Shown: positions 1-12,360, counted from the first letter of the stretch. The stretch: 64,000 bases of DNA from Minisyncoccia bacterium (GCA_046293175.1 JBKBPM010000001.1:171446-235445); one strand, 5' to 3'. A program made the numbers and translations. The notes: generated from the sequence alone by a model not told the origin.

Positions 1-496
1 ATTAATGAGGAACTCGACCAGACCTTCATTTCGCAGCATCTTCGCGATTTGATCAATCGCCCAACCTTTGCCAATGCCACCCAGGTCAAGGAGTCCGACT
101 GATAGTCGCCAGGTATCATGCAGGTAATCGATGTCGATAAGGGGATTACCGATCTCGACCGCTCGCTCCATCGCAATGAGCGAATAAGTACTATCATAGC
201 CGCGCGCAATGAGCGCGTCACCAACAAGGATATTAAAGGCGCCTTTAGTCTTGCGGTACATATCGCGGCCATGGCCGATGAGTGCCTTAAAATCGGCATC
301 AGTAGTGACGACGGTGCGTTCGCGATTGAGGGTGCCAACAAGGGTATCTTCCCTAAAGCGGGAAAAACGGTTCTCGATAGACAACAAGAGCGTCGTGATG
401 GAATTGCAGATCCCATCACGACGCTCTGTGCTTATGTTGTCGAAGACCTCAATCCACCATGTTGTCCCGAGGGCAGTGATGGTGATAGTAGGCATG
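1..496 (-). CDS. apbE: FAD:protein FMN transferase ApbE (partial; 3' end runs off the window)
   Basis: Translating the minus strand from the ATG at 496 gives ...LDLGGIGKGWAIDQIAKML..., which matches the ApbE GGIAKG signature region. The gene has no stop inside the window. No signal peptide is evident. Confidence 0.7.
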
Positions 497-501
497 ACTG
501 G

Positions 502-1101
502 TTAGTTGGCAGCGGAAGCTTTAATCTTGGCTACTGCCTCGTTGAAACCGCCAGTAGTAAGTGAGGCGCCACCAACGCGTGAGAGTCTAATCGCATCAAG
601 CTTCTTGCCAATCACCTGTGACTGGTACGCACTCATGAAGCGACTCTGATACTTACTTGATTCACTCACTTTGTCACCACCGTATGTGATTGAAGTGGCT
701 GTTACAATGTCGCCCTTAAGGGTGAGGGTGACCGCCATGGTGTGGTTTGAGTTTTCTGGAGCGCGGTAGGTAATGTTTGCCGTATGTGCGCCATCAGCGT
801 AGATGGTAGCCGGAGCTGCTGGGGTGGTAGGGGTAGTTGGAGTTGAAGGTGTTGCAGGGGTAGCGGCCGGTGTGTCAGCAACAGCTGTTGGGGTCGGGGC
901 ATCACCGGCTTCGGCAGGTACGTTATTACCAGTAGTTGCGTCGTCACCTTCTTCAGTTGGTACCGTGGTGCCGTCAGTAACCTCAGGATTGGCTGGTAAT
1001 GCAGTCTCTTCAATCGGAGTAACAGTTTCTTCGGGACGGAGGAAATACCCACCAAGCCCAATGGCAACCGCTAATCCGATAATAATAAGAACTATTGGCA
1101 T
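502..1101 (-). CDS. membrane-anchored FMN-binding-domain protein (candidate ApbE flavinylation substrate)
   Basis: The 199-aa ORF has an N-terminal TM helix, a Pro/Thr/Ala-rich linker and a C-terminal domain ending ...RVGGASLTTGGFNEAVAKI. That ending resembles the S/TGAT flavinylation motif of NqrC/RnfG-type FMN_bind domains. It lies immediately upstream of apbE on the same strand. Confidence 0.5.
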   Translation of the reverse strand: MPIVLIIIGLAVAIGLGGYFLRPEETVTPIEETALPANPEVTDGTTVPTEEGDDATTGNNVPAEAGDAPTPTAVADTPAATPATPSTPTTPTTPAAPATIYADGAHTANITYRAPENSNHTMAVTLTLKGDIVTATSITYGGDKVSESSKYQSRFMSAYQSQVIGKKLDAIRLSRVGGASLTTGGFNEAVAKIKASAAN

Positions 1102-1114
1102 AGAAATATCTTTT

Positions 1115-1187
1115 TAAGAGTAACAAAACAAGTATACAGGGAAGTTACTCTTGTGGCTATCGAGCGATGTATACTAAGAGTATATAC
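1115..1187. promoter_or_regulatory. palindromic candidate operators in a divergent promoter region
   Basis: An inverted repeat TAAGAGTAAC (1115-1124) pairs with GTTACTCTTG (1144-1153) across a 19-nt spacer. A second near-palindrome GTATACTAAGAGTATATAC lies at 1169-1187. Both sit between the divergent starts at 1101 (-) and 1196 (+). Confidence 0.3.
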
Positions 1188-1195
1188 AGAGTTTT

Positions 1196-2699
1196 ATGCA
1201 AAACGTTACACGCTTACCATTATTGTACTTAGATCGCACGCCGATGTATGGGGTTATTATTCAGGTTTTGGTTGCTACGTATGGTGTTGCTCTGATAGCT
1301 TCTCTTGGTGGCTATATTGGTTTTACACCATTAGAACTTATCCTCAGTGCTGTCACGATCATGATGACGGCGCTGTTCGTGAACGTACTTTGTGCCTCTG
1401 CCACCAAAGTGCCGATACAGCATTATTCTTCGGTTATCACGGCACTCATCCTCATATTTTTGCTTCTCCCATCAACTATGCCGCTAGATCTCTTTGCTTC
1501 TGCGGTTATTACTGCTCTCGCGATTGCGAGTAAATATGTGTTTGCCTACAAAAAGCAGCACCTTGTGAATCCAGTCGCGGCTGGTCTCGTGCTCGGCTCA
1601 CTGTTTGGATTTGGAGGTGGGGCTTGGTGGGTAGCATCAGCAATCTTGTTTGTACCAATTCTTATTGGTGGACTATTGGTGGCAAAAAAGGTGAAGCGAT
1701 TGGATATGGTGGCAGTTTTTTTTGGCGGTAGCTTTTGGCGTCTACATGATCCTGATGTGGAATGAACCACTCCCGATGTCTGAATTATTGGCAACCTTCT
1801 TCTTTTCATACCCCTATGTCTTTTTGGGATTCTTTATGCTCACGGAACCATTTACCATGCCGAGTCAAAAAAATACCCGGTATGTGTATGCTCTCGTTGT
1901 GGCCGTAGTAGCGTTTTTGCCTACTGTAGGCCCAATTAATTTCTCGCCGGAACTAGCACTGGTGATTGGTAACCTCGCACTAGCACCCTTTGCGCAACGA
2001 CAAAAGCTCATTTTGAAGCTTGGTGGCCTGCGGAAAATCACCTCGTCTATTTACGAGTTTTCCTTCCCAAAGCCGGCCGGATTTCAATTTAAGGCCGGTC
2101 AGTACCTCGAGTGGATGGTGCCGCACAAAAAAGCTGATAGTCGAGGTACTCGTCGTTACTTCACTATTGTCTCAGCTCCAGAAGAGGCAGAACTCCGTCT
2201 CGCCTTTAAGCTTCCTGAAAATGCCAGTAGCTACAAAAATGCCATGATAAACCTCAAGGCTGGCGATGTGGTCATTGGTTCGCAGCGCTCGGGCGATTTC
2301 TTATTACCTAAGAACAGCACAGAGAAACTTGGTTTTATTGCTGGTGGTATTGGGGTGACACCGTTTGTGAGCCATGTGTCATCGCTTGAAGCAAAACATG
2401 AACGCCGCGATATTGCCACTCTCTACTGCGTCGCAAATGCTGCCGATTTGGCTTATAGCGAGAAACTCCAGAGTGCCGGTCTCTTCGTGCCTGTGGTAGC
2501 CGGTGGCGAAGTGCCACCAGGAGGGGAATCTGGCTTTTTATCTGCGGATATCATCACGCGCCGGGTGCCAGACTACGCCTCACGCACTTGGTATATCTCC
2601 GGTCCACCAAAGATGGTTGACGCAGCCTATCATACCCTGCGCACTCTTGGTGTACCGGCGCGTCGTATCCACCGCGACTTTTTCCCAGGCCTCGCGTAG
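1196..2699 (+). CDS. polytopic membrane domain fused to an FNR-like FAD/NAD(P)-binding reductase, interrupted by a frameshift in a T8 run (1716-1723)
   Basis: ORFs 1196..1765 and 1722..2699 overlap by 44 nt. Both reading frames look like membrane protein across the junction, and deleting one T from the T8 tract joins them into a continuous ~500-aa product. The C-terminal half carries an RRYFTIVS (RxY[ST]) FAD-binding motif and a GGIGVTPF nucleotide-binding motif typical of ferredoxin-NADP reductase-like domains. Confidence 0.6.
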
Positions 2700-2732
2700 G
2701 GTCAACCGGGCTCGTCCCGTATACTTATCTAT

Positions 2733-4034
2733 ATGTACTTCTCACATAAAACGAGTAAGGCCATACCGAGTAGCGCGGTTGAGGTTCTCAGTGTCGAGCT
2801 AACACCATATCTCGCCTCACTCCGCCGGACAGTTGAACAAGGTGGCTATGCTACCCCTGAGGCACCACTCTCAGTCCCGACTGACGAATACATGCAGACA
2901 GCAGTTGAGGCGATACTCGACAAGGTCTATACGAAGTCTCTGCGTTTTGTCTTTGTCATTGGTATTGGTGGCTCTAATCTCGGCACGAAGGCAGTGTATG
3001 ATGCGATGGCGAGTGCTCGCGACCTTGCCCCGCACCACCAGCCGCGACTCATTTTTATTGATACAACTGATAGTGCACTTCTCGGAACCGCGCAGGCACT
3101 CATTAAAAAAGCGGAACACGCAAACGAAGTCCTTTTTATAATCATCAGTAAATCAGGTACTACCACTGAGACAATCGCGAACGCTGAGATACTCCTCGCT
3201 TCTTTTGCGGACCGCTTTGGTCGCAACGCCAGACGGGTGGTCGTCATGAGCGAGACGGGCTCGTCGCTTCTCGCCGCTGCGCGTGAGCAGCAGATGCACA
3301 CGCTTGATTTGCCACCGACGGTTGGTGGACGGTATTCAGTCTTTACGCCGGTGGGACTTCTACCGCTCGCCCTCATGGGCTTTGATGTTCGACAGATGCG
3401 GACGGTCGCACATACGAGAATTGAAAAATCACTCCATCCCGATGTGGTCTTAAATGATGCAGCCCTCTCAGCCCTGACCCAGTACTACTTTTATCGCGAC
3501 AATATTCGTCAGCACGACACCTTCGTCTTTACCCCGGCTCTTGAATCGGTTGGTAAGTGGTATCGACAACTCCTGGGAGAAAGTATTGGGAAGTCGGTCG
3601 TAGGGGATGATTCAAAGCGGATTGGTATCACGCCAACCGTGACCGTGGGTTCTACCGACCTCCACTCAGTGGGACAGCTCTATCTTGGCGGACCACGCGA
3701 TCGCCTCACCACTTTTGTGAGTGTGATGAGTCGTCCTGATGTTGCGATGCCAAGTGAGAGGGCTTGGCCTGATATTGTGCCGATGGTCAGTGGTAAAAGT
3801 GTAAATACCATCCTTAATGCGATAGAAGCGGGTACCAAAGCAGCGTATGATACGAATAACCTTCCGTACCTAGAGCTGAAGCTTGATACACTGACACCTG
3901 AAGCAATTTCGGACTTTATGCAATTTAAGATGTGCGAAATGATGATGCTCGGGCACTTACTCAAAGTAAATCCGTTTGATCAGCCGCATGTGGAGCAGTA
4001 TAAGACTGTCACCAAACAAATTTTGGGAGGTTAA
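2733..4034 (+). CDS. pgi: glucose-6-phosphate isomerase (short bacterial/archaeal type)
   Basis: The 433-aa product carries the GIGGSNLG and ISKSGTTTET motifs of phosphoglucose isomerase. Confidence 0.85.
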   Translation: MYFSHKTSKAIPSSAVEVLSVELTPYLASLRRTVEQGGYATPEAPLSVPTDEYMQTAVEAILDKVYTKSLRFVFVIGIGGSNLGTKAVYDAMASARDLAPHHQPRLIFIDTTDSALLGTAQALIKKAEHANEVLFIIISKSGTTTETIANAEILLASFADRFGRNARRVVVMSETGSSLLAAAREQQMHTLDLPPTVGGRYSVFTPVGLLPLALMGFDVRQMRTVAHTRIEKSLHPDVVLNDAALSALTQYYFYRDNIRQHDTFVFTPALESVGKWYRQLLGESIGKSVVGDDSKRIGITPTVTVGSTDLHSVGQLYLGGPRDRLTTFVSVMSRPDVAMPSERAWPDIVPMVSGKSVNTILNAIEAGTKAAYDTNNLPYLELKLDTLTPEAISDFMQFKMCEMMMLGHLLKVNPFDQPHVEQYKTVTKQILGG

Positions 4035-4083
4035 GAGTCCATGATAAGTTATCTTCTTTGTTGTCTGCGTCAGAATAATACTC

Positions 4084-4105
4084 AACGTACAACAAGTACG
4101 CCTCA
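4084..4105. repeat. copy 1 of the recurring intergenic motif GTACA-N5-GTACRCCTCA
   Basis: The sequence AACGTACAACAAGTACGCCTCA sits upstream of the ATP synthase operon. See the other copies at 5684, 5811, 44322 and 51743. Confidence 0.5.
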
Positions 4106-4189
4106 TCTTATTCCTCCTTGACACCTCGAATATGGGGCTTCTGATGAACTCTAAAATGATAATAGATAGTTAGTGGTAAACTTATACAT

Positions 4190-4414
4190 ATGCACGAAAC
4201 AAAACGTCGGAGTTTACTGAAAGGGCTTACCTGGCGCATCACGGCCTCGATCACGACGATGCTCATTGTGCTCATAATGACCGGAAACCTTACTCTAGTC
4301 GCTGGCGTCGGACTGGCTGATGTGACCCTTAAGGTCTTGTTTTACTACGTCCATGAGCGGCTATGGGGAAGGGTCCATTGGGGAATTCTTGGCCTGGAAC
4401 CTCATATTAAATAG
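4190..4414 (+). CDS. small membrane protein (DUF2061-like)
   Basis: The 74-aa ORF contains ...LTWRITASITTMLIV... and two TM helices. It sits immediately upstream of atpB, in the position often occupied by AtpI-like or DUF2061 proteins. Confidence 0.4.
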   Translation: MHETKRRSLLKGLTWRITASITTMLIVLIMTGNLTLVAGVGLADVTLKVLFYYVHERLWGRVHWGILGLEPHIK

Positions 4415-4435
4415 CATTATTACCACACCTCAGCG

Positions 4436-4463
4436 TTGCAAAACCTCGATTTTCTGGTATCAT
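4436..4463 (+). promoter_or_regulatory. sigma70-like promoter for the atp operon
   Basis: TTGCAA (4436-4441) is followed by a 16-nt spacer and then TGgTATCAT, an extended -10 at 4455-4463. Confidence 0.4.
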
Positions 4464-4502
4464 GCGGGCGCATAAGGTATCTCCTCGTGCGCTTTACTGT
4501 TC

Positions 4503-5291
4503 ATGTCACTAATCGCAACCGCTTACGCTGCTGAATCTGCCCATGGGGGTATTCACGTTGCTCTCGCACCTTACGTGGTGGGACATGTCTTTGGCGTACC
4601 AATTACCTCAACTTTGATTACCGCTTGGGTTGGGATGCTGATTTTGACCGTTATTGCCGTCCTCGTCCGGCACCGCCTCGCCCTGGTACCTGGCAAGCTC
4701 CAGAGTGTCATAGAAATGATGATTGGTGGCGTTTACGACTACATGGCTGACGTACTTGAGAGTCGCGCTCTGGCTCAGAAGTATTTCGGGGTTGTGATGA
4801 CGATTTTCATTTTTATCCTTACTCTCAACTGGTTTGGGCTTTTTCCGGGTGTTACTTCAATTGGACAGTATGTTGAATACAACGGTAGTGAAAAATTTAT
4901 TCCGTACCTCTATCCAGCCGCGACAGATCTCAATATCACCCTCGCATTTGCGCTGATTGCGTTCTTTACTATCCAATTTTCCGGTATCGCTGCTATTGGT
5001 GCGTTTAAGTACGCGGGGAAGTTTATTAACTTCTCTTCGCCTTTGGCGTTTGCTGTGGGTATCATTGAGCTTATCTCCGAAATCGCCCGCCTCATTTCGT
5101 TCTCATTCCGACTCTTTGGAAATATCTTTGCGGGGAAGACGCTCCTCGTCGTGATCATGTTCTTTGTGCCCTACGTGGTTCCTGTGCCAATTATGGCGTT
5201 TGAAGTCTTCGTCGGATTCATCCAAGCTTTTGTGTTTGCGATTTTGACGTTGTTCTTTATCAAGATTGCGACCGAAGAACCAGCACACTAG
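4503..5291 (+). CDS. atpB: F0F1 ATP synthase subunit a
   Basis: The polytopic membrane protein carries the RLFGNIFAG motif containing the essential Arg. Confidence 0.85.
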   Translation: MSLIATAYAAESAHGGIHVALAPYVVGHVFGVPITSTLITAWVGMLILTVIAVLVRHRLALVPGKLQSVIEMMIGGVYDYMADVLESRALAQKYFGVVMTIFIFILTLNWFGLFPGVTSIGQYVEYNGSEKFIPYLYPAATDLNITLAFALIAFFTIQFSGIAAIGAFKYAGKFINFSSPLAFAVGIIELISEIARLISFSFRLFGNIFAGKTLLVVIMFFVPYVVPVPIMAFEVFVGFIQAFVFAILTLFFIKIATEEPAH

Positions 5292-5301
5292 TGGCTGATA
5301 A

Positions 5302-5634
<333 letters not shown>

Positions 5635-5683
5635 TGATTCTAAAATTGGCACTCTGCGGCGTTGTTGCTCAAAAATTTTGTTC

Positions 5684-5710
5684 CATGTACCAATTTAGTA
5701 CACCTCACAA
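5684..5710. repeat. copy 2 of the recurring GTACA-N5-GTACACCTCA motif
   Basis: The sequence CATGTACCAATTTAGTACACCTCACAA lies within the 290-nt atpE-atpF spacer. Confidence 0.5.
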
Positions 5711-5810
5711 AATTTTCTCGCACGCCTTGCATAGTAACCAATTTAAGAACCCCTAGAACAATCGATGATATCGCAGCATTGACTTTGTCGCTGTGTAAAA
5801 AAATATTTTT

Positions 5811-5837
5811 CAATGTACATCAAAGTACACCTCAAAA
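5811..5837. repeat. copy 3 of the recurring motif (tandem partner of copy 2)
   Basis: The sequence is CAATGTACATCAAAGTACACCTCAAAA. Its flanks (AAAAATATTTTT ... AAAATATTTTTT) also resemble the flanks of copy 2, giving a ~50-nt unit repeated 128 nt apart. Confidence 0.5.
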
Positions 5838-5932
5838 TATTTTTTACTGGCTCCTTGTCACTGCCGCAATCTCATCAATTGTTGATTGATATAGATTAGC
5901 AGTAGAAAAAATTATCAGCTCACACTCCTCAC

Positions 5933-6382
5933 ATGGAAGAAATCATCAAAGCCTTTGGTATCGACGGACGACTCATTGTCATCCAGATTGTCAACTTCGC
6001 TATCCTCATGAGTATCTTGGGGTATTTCCTCTACACGCCAATCCTCAATCTTTTGAAGGAACGTGAAGAGAAAATTGCCAAAGGTATCAAAGATGCCGAA
6101 GCCGCGGCTAAAGCCAAAGCTGAAGCAGATCTTGAGAAGCAGGCGGTCCTCACCGCGGCTCACGACGAAGCGCGGGACATCAACGCGCGTGCCAAAGTAG
6201 CAGCTGACGAAAAGGCTCTCGGTATTGTTGGTGACGCCGAAGAAAAGGCGAATGCCATTGTGAAGAGTGCTGAACTGCGCGCCGCTGAAGCTGCTGATCA
6301 AATCAAAAAAGATGCCGAAGGCGAAATTGCGAAGATTGCTGTCCTTGCAGTTGAAAAGTTACTTCGTGAACAAGCTTCATAA
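5933..6382 (+). CDS. atpF: F0F1 ATP synthase subunit b
   Basis: The product has an N-terminal TM helix followed by a long Ala/Glu/Lys-rich coiled coil. Its position in the operon fits subunit b. Confidence 0.75.
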   Translation: MEEIIKAFGIDGRLIVIQIVNFAILMSILGYFLYTPILNLLKEREEKIAKGIKDAEAAAKAKAEADLEKQAVLTAAHDEARDINARAKVAADEKALGIVGDAEEKANAIVKSAELRAAEAADQIKKDAEGEIAKIAVLAVEKLLREQAS

Positions 6383-6388
6383 AACACC

Positions 6389-6766
6389 ATGATTAAAGAC
6401 TACGTCCTTGCCCTCAAAGCCGCGCTTGCTTCCGGTCAAAAGCCAGAGACGGTTTTTGCTAACCTAAGTCGGGTACTCGCACGTCGTGGACATAGTCAGC
6501 TCTTGGGTCGTATCTTGCGTATCCTCGAGCGTGAGCTTGGTCGTGGCGCTACTCATCTTGAACCAACTCTCGTGGTCGCACGTGAGAAAGATACTAAGTC
6601 GCCACTGGTGGCTAAGCTCATGAAAGCGCTTGGTGTCGAAGGAACTCCTCGTGTCATTGTCGACGACAGTGTCATTGGTGGAGCGAAGCTAAGTCACAAC
6701 CACACCGAAATCGATGCGACGTACAAAACTGCCCTTATTAACCTTTATCAAGCTATCACCAAATAA
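6389..6766 (+). CDS. atpH: F0F1 ATP synthase subunit delta (short form)
   Basis: The 125-aa product ends ...[31 protein letters not shown], which matches the delta/OSCP C-terminal region. It sits between atpF and atpA. Confidence 0.65.
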   Translation: MIKDYVLALKAALASGQKPETVFANLSRVLARRGHSQLLGRILRILERELGRGATHLEPTLVVAREKDTKSPLVAKLMKALGVEGTPRVIVDDSVIGGAKLSHNHTEIDATYKTALINLYQAITK

Positions 6767-6777
6767 TCCTTATTCGT

Positions 6778-8343
6778 ATGAGTACACCTATCATTGAACG
6801 TATCAAAAAAGAAATCGCTGGTCTCGAAATCAAAGCTCTGCCAACTTCGGTTGGTACGGTGGTTGGTGTCGGTGACGGTATTGCCGAAATCGACGGGCTC
6901 GTCTCGGCGCAGATGATGGAAATGGTAGTGTTTGCGACCGCTGAAGGTGCGACCCTCGAAGCGGCGCTTGCGAGTGAGACGGCGCTCTATGGTCTCGTCC
7001 TCAACCTCGAAGAGGATAGTGTTAAGGTGGTGATCTTGGGTGATAGTGGGCTTGTCCGTGAAGGTATGACGGTGTACCGAACCGAGAAGCTTCTCTCGGT
7101 TCCAGTGGGTGAGGGGATTGTGGGTCGAGTGGTAGATGCACTGGGGGCACCAATTGATGGAAAGGGAGCCTTCAAAACAGATCGTGATATGCCGATCGAA
7201 CGCGTCGCGTACGGGGTAATGGATCGTTCGAGTGTGAACGAACCGATCCATACTGGTATCAAGGCGATTGACTCAATGATCCCCATTGGACGTGGACAAC
7301 GCGAACTCATCATTGGTGACCGTGGGACAGGGAAGACCACCATCGCTATCGACACTATCATCAACCAGAAGTACGAACCAAAAGAAAAGCGTCCAATCTG
7401 TATCTACGTAGCCATTGGTCAGAAACGCTCAAAGACAGCGACCATCATGGCCGAGCTCGAAAAGGCTGGTGCGATGGAGTATACCACCATTGTAGCGACT
7501 TCAGCCTCTGAAGCTTCACCAATGCTCTTCCTTGCACCATTTACTGGTGCCGCAATTGGTGAGTACTTTATGGAACAGGGACGGGATGTGCTCGTGGTAT
7601 TTGATGATCTCTCAAAGCATGCGGTAGCGTACCGTCAGATGTCACTGCTTCTTCGTCGTCCACCAGGACGTGAAGCGTATCCAGGAGATATTTTCTACCT
7701 TCACTCACGACTTCTCGAGCGTTCAGCAAAGCTCTCAAAGGAACTTGGTGGCGGATCTATCACTGCGCTCCCAATTATCGAAACCCAGGAAGGAGACGTG
7801 TCAGCCTATATTCCAACCAATGTGATTTCCATCACCGACGGACAGATCTTCCTCGAAGGTGATCTCTTCAACAAGGGTATCCGTCCCGCGTTGAACGTCG
7901 GTATCTCGGTATCACGAGTAGGTTCGTCAGCTCAGACTAAGGCCATGAAGGCAGTGGCTGGCAAGATTCGTCTTGAACTTGCGCAATTCCGTGAACTTGA
8001 AGCCTTTATGCAGTTTGCGAGTGACCTTGATGAGGACACTAAGCAGCGTATCGACAGTGGACGCAAGTACGTCGAGCTCTTGAAGCAGACCCAAAGTAAC
8101 CCAATGCCGTTCTACAAGCAGGTGGTCTCTATTTACGGAGCGAACACTGGCCTCCTTGATGGTGCAGCCGCGACCTCGGTACAGGCCATCGAGCGTGAGT
8201 TCCATGACTTCATCGAACGTGACCGTAAGGATATCCTGATTGAAATCGAATCAACTCGAGCACTTTCAGATGATCTAAAAGCAAAAATCGATACGGCCAT
8301 TGTGGATTTCAAGGAAGCCAATGCATCACTCTACACAGCCTAA
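6778..8343 (+). CDS. atpA: F0F1 ATP synthase subunit alpha
   Basis: The product carries a GDRGTGKT P-loop and is alpha-like throughout its length. Confidence 0.95.
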   Translation: MSTPIIERIKKEIAGLEIKALPTSVGTVVGVGDGIAEIDGLVSAQMMEMVVFATAEGATLEAALASETALYGLVLNLEEDSVKVVILGDSGLVREGMTVYRTEKLLSVPVGEGIVGRVVDALGAPIDGKGAFKTDRDMPIERVAYGVMDRSSVNEPIHTGIKAIDSMIPIGRGQRELIIGDRGTGKTTIAIDTIINQKYEPKEKRPICIYVAIGQKRSKTATIMAELEKAGAMEYTTIVATSASEASPMLFLAPFTGAAIGEYFMEQGRDVLVVFDDLSKHAVAYRQMSLLLRRPPGREAYPGDIFYLHSRLLERSAKLSKELGGGSITALPIIETQEGDVSAYIPTNVISITDGQIFLEGDLFNKGIRPALNVGISVSRVGSSAQTKAMKAVAGKIRLELAQFRELEAFMQFASDLDEDTKQRIDSGRKYVELLKQTQSNPMPFYKQVVSIYGANTGLLDGAAATSVQAIEREFHDFIERDRKDILIEIESTRALSDDLKAKIDTAIVDFKEANASLYTA

Positions 8344-8363
8344 AGAAGTAACTATTTTCTACC

Positions 8364-10726
<2,363 letters not shown>

Positions 10727-10766
10727 GCCACAGAGGTGTAAGCCGACAATGGCGAATTTTCGCGAG

Positions 10767-10790
10767 TGAGGCCTATTACTAATAGCCTCA
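10767..10790. promoter_or_regulatory. 24-nt near-perfect palindrome in the atpD-atpC spacer
   Basis: TGAGGCCTATTACTAATAGCCTCA is a DNA palindrome with almost no loop. That makes it more likely a protein-binding site than an RNA hairpin. Confidence 0.3.
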
Positions 10791-10840
10791 TCCGCGCACT
10801 ACCACTTTGTTTATTTAATCACCTTCCACAATATAATTTT

Positions 10841-11089
10841 ATGGCAACCAAATTTCTAAAACTCACAATCGCACGAGTCGACGGCCCAGTCTTTGACGGG
10901 GAGGTGGTTTCAGTGACGCTGCCAGGGACCGAAGGGGAGATGACCATCATGGCGGATCACGAACCACTTGTGTCGGCCCTCAAGGCTGGCACCCTCACAG
11001 TTCGTCCTGCTCATGGCGATGCAGCCTCGTACAATCTCACGAACGGTACGGTAGAAGTCCGCGACAATCACGCCACCGTCCTCATCTAA
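10841..11089 (+). CDS. atpC: F0F1 ATP synthase subunit epsilon (N-terminal beta-sandwich only; C-terminal helices absent)
   Basis: The 82-aa product MATKFLKLTIARVDGPVFDGEVVSVTLPGTEGEMTIMADHEPL... follows the epsilon pattern and then ends. The internal ATG within ORF 10766..11089 was chosen as start. Confidence 0.75.
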   Translation: MATKFLKLTIARVDGPVFDGEVVSVTLPGTEGEMTIMADHEPLVSALKAGTLTVRPAHGDAASYNLTNGTVEVRDNHATVLI

Positions 11090-11103
11090 AACAAATCTAA
11101 AAC

Positions 11104-11141
11104 AAAAACCTTTCTGCCAGTAGAAGGGTTTTTGTTTTTTT
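11104..11141 (+). terminator. Rho-independent terminator of the atp operon
   Basis: The sequence AAAACCTTTCT-GCCAGT-AGAAGGGTTTTTGTTTTTTT forms a hairpin followed by a T-run. Confidence 0.5.
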
Positions 11142-11202
11142 AATACTCCATTTAAATGGAGTATGTAACTTATATTACTTTATATTGGTTATTACTAAGA
11201 AT

Positions 11203-11364
11203 ATGAAATCATGGATTATTGCGGGTGGTGCACTGTGTGCGCTTTTTATTACTGGCGTGCTGGTGGCAGTATTTGTAACACCGGTTGAGTATCATTATGC
11301 TGGAGCGAAAGCACACATAGACGGGGCAACACCGTCACAAATTGAACATTGGGAAATGTACTAA
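11203..11364 (+). CDS. small predicted membrane protein (53 aa)
   Basis: The ORF MKSWIIAGGALCALFITGVLVAVFVTPVEYHYAGAKAHIDGATPSQIEHWEMY contains one TM helix. It is absent from the ORF track because it is under 60 aa. Confidence 0.25.
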   Translation: MKSWIIAGGALCALFITGVLVAVFVTPVEYHYAGAKAHIDGATPSQIEHWEMY

Positions 11365-11465
11365 TATGCACGAGGTCTTGCCTCGAACTTCCAAACGAGC
11401 AAGATTTATCCATAGAAAGTGTGCCATAAAAGTACGAGGCAAGACCCCGTACTTTTGTTAGTGGG

Positions 11466-12329
11466 CTATTTCTGACACCCCGGGCAGTAGTGGGTACCAC
11501 GCCCGGCACAGCGAATCTTTTTGATGGTAGTACCGCAGCGAGGGCAGGGAGTACCTTGTTTGCCAAAGACTTGGAGATAGTCGGTGTAGTTGCCGTTGTC
11601 TCCGCCGGTATCGACGAAGTGTTGGAAGGTCGTACCGCCGACCTTAATTGAATTGTTCATGATATCACCAGCGGCTTTGGCGAGGAGTATGGCCTCGGCT
11701 TTGGTGACTTTGTCCGCTCGCCTCGTCGGACGGATTTTAGCAGTGAAGAGTGCCTCGTCGACGTAGATGTTACCAAGTCCGGCAACAAACGATTGATCAA
11801 GCAGCGCCGCTTTGATGGGAGTCTTCCGGCGCTTGAGTCCTTTATAGAAGTACTCAGTATCAAAATCGCCACGAATAGGCTCGGGCCCAAATTTACTGCG
11901 CGCCATATTAACTTCGGTAGCATCGGCTACCTTCACATAGCCAAACAATCGCATGTCATTAAAAAATAATTGCATGCCGTTGTCGAGCGTGAAGCTGATA
12001 CGAGTGTGACGATTGGGGAGATGGGTATCAGTGGGCGAGAGCGAGTGTCCACCACCACCCACAGTGCCAGATGGATCAAGGAAGAGAAACTGCCCGGTCA
12101 TTTTGAGGTGGGCAAGGAGGAAAAAATCGGGAGTGTCAGCAAAGCTAAAGATCATCAGTTTTCCAACCCGGTCGATATGATCGATGACTTTGCCAGTTAC
12201 GAGTGCTCTGAACTCGGTATTATGATTAACCGATTTTGGGTGATAGACAGTCACCGCAGCCACTGTCCGTCCCTTAAGGCGGTGGAGGAGTTGAAGACGG
12301 ACTGTTTCGACCTCTGGTAGTTCGGGCAT
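11466..12329 (-). CDS. mutM: formamidopyrimidine-DNA glycosylase
   Basis: The N-terminus MPELPEVE is the classic Fpg signature, and the C-terminal zinc finger reads CPRCGT...CPGC. Confidence 0.9.
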   Translation of the reverse strand: MPELPEVETVRLQLLHRLKGRTVAAVTVYHPKSVNHNTEFRALVTGKVIDHIDRVGKLMIFSFADTPDFFLLAHLKMTGQFLFLDPSGTVGGGGHSLSPTDTHLPNRHTRISFTLDNGMQLFFNDMRLFGYVKVADATEVNMARSKFGPEPIRGDFDTEYFYKGLKRRKTPIKAALLDQSFVAGLGNIYVDEALFTAKIRPTRRADKVTKAEAILLAKAAGDIMNNSIKVGGTTFQHFVDTGGDNGNYTDYLQVFGKQGTPCPRCGTTIKKIRCAGRGTHYCPGCQK

Positions 12330-12360
12330 AAAGGTAGGGTAGCAGAATTACGCCAAAAGA

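Noticed and set aside
118-564. ORFs 118..564 (+) and 209..505 (+) at the start of the window
   Set aside because: They lie antisense to a minus-strand frame whose translation gives a clear ApbE match (GGIGKGWAIDQIA). The + ORFs show no protein-like features.
803-1117. ORFs 702..1067 (-) and 803..1117 (+) overlapping the FMN-binding-domain gene
   Set aside because: These are alternative or antisense frames of the Pro/Thr-rich linker region. Repetitive low-complexity codons generate open frames in every phase.
1196-2699. Treating 1196..1765 and 1722..2699 as two independent overlapping genes
   Set aside because: Both frames encode contiguous membrane-protein sequence, and the overlap falls exactly at a T8 homopolymer. 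A single frameshifted gene is the simpler reading.
6748-8343. Long antisense ORFs within the atp operon (6748..7251 -, 6987..7364 -, 8465..8972 -)
   Set aside because: They oppose strongly supported atpA/atpG coding sequence and have biased, non-protein-like composition.
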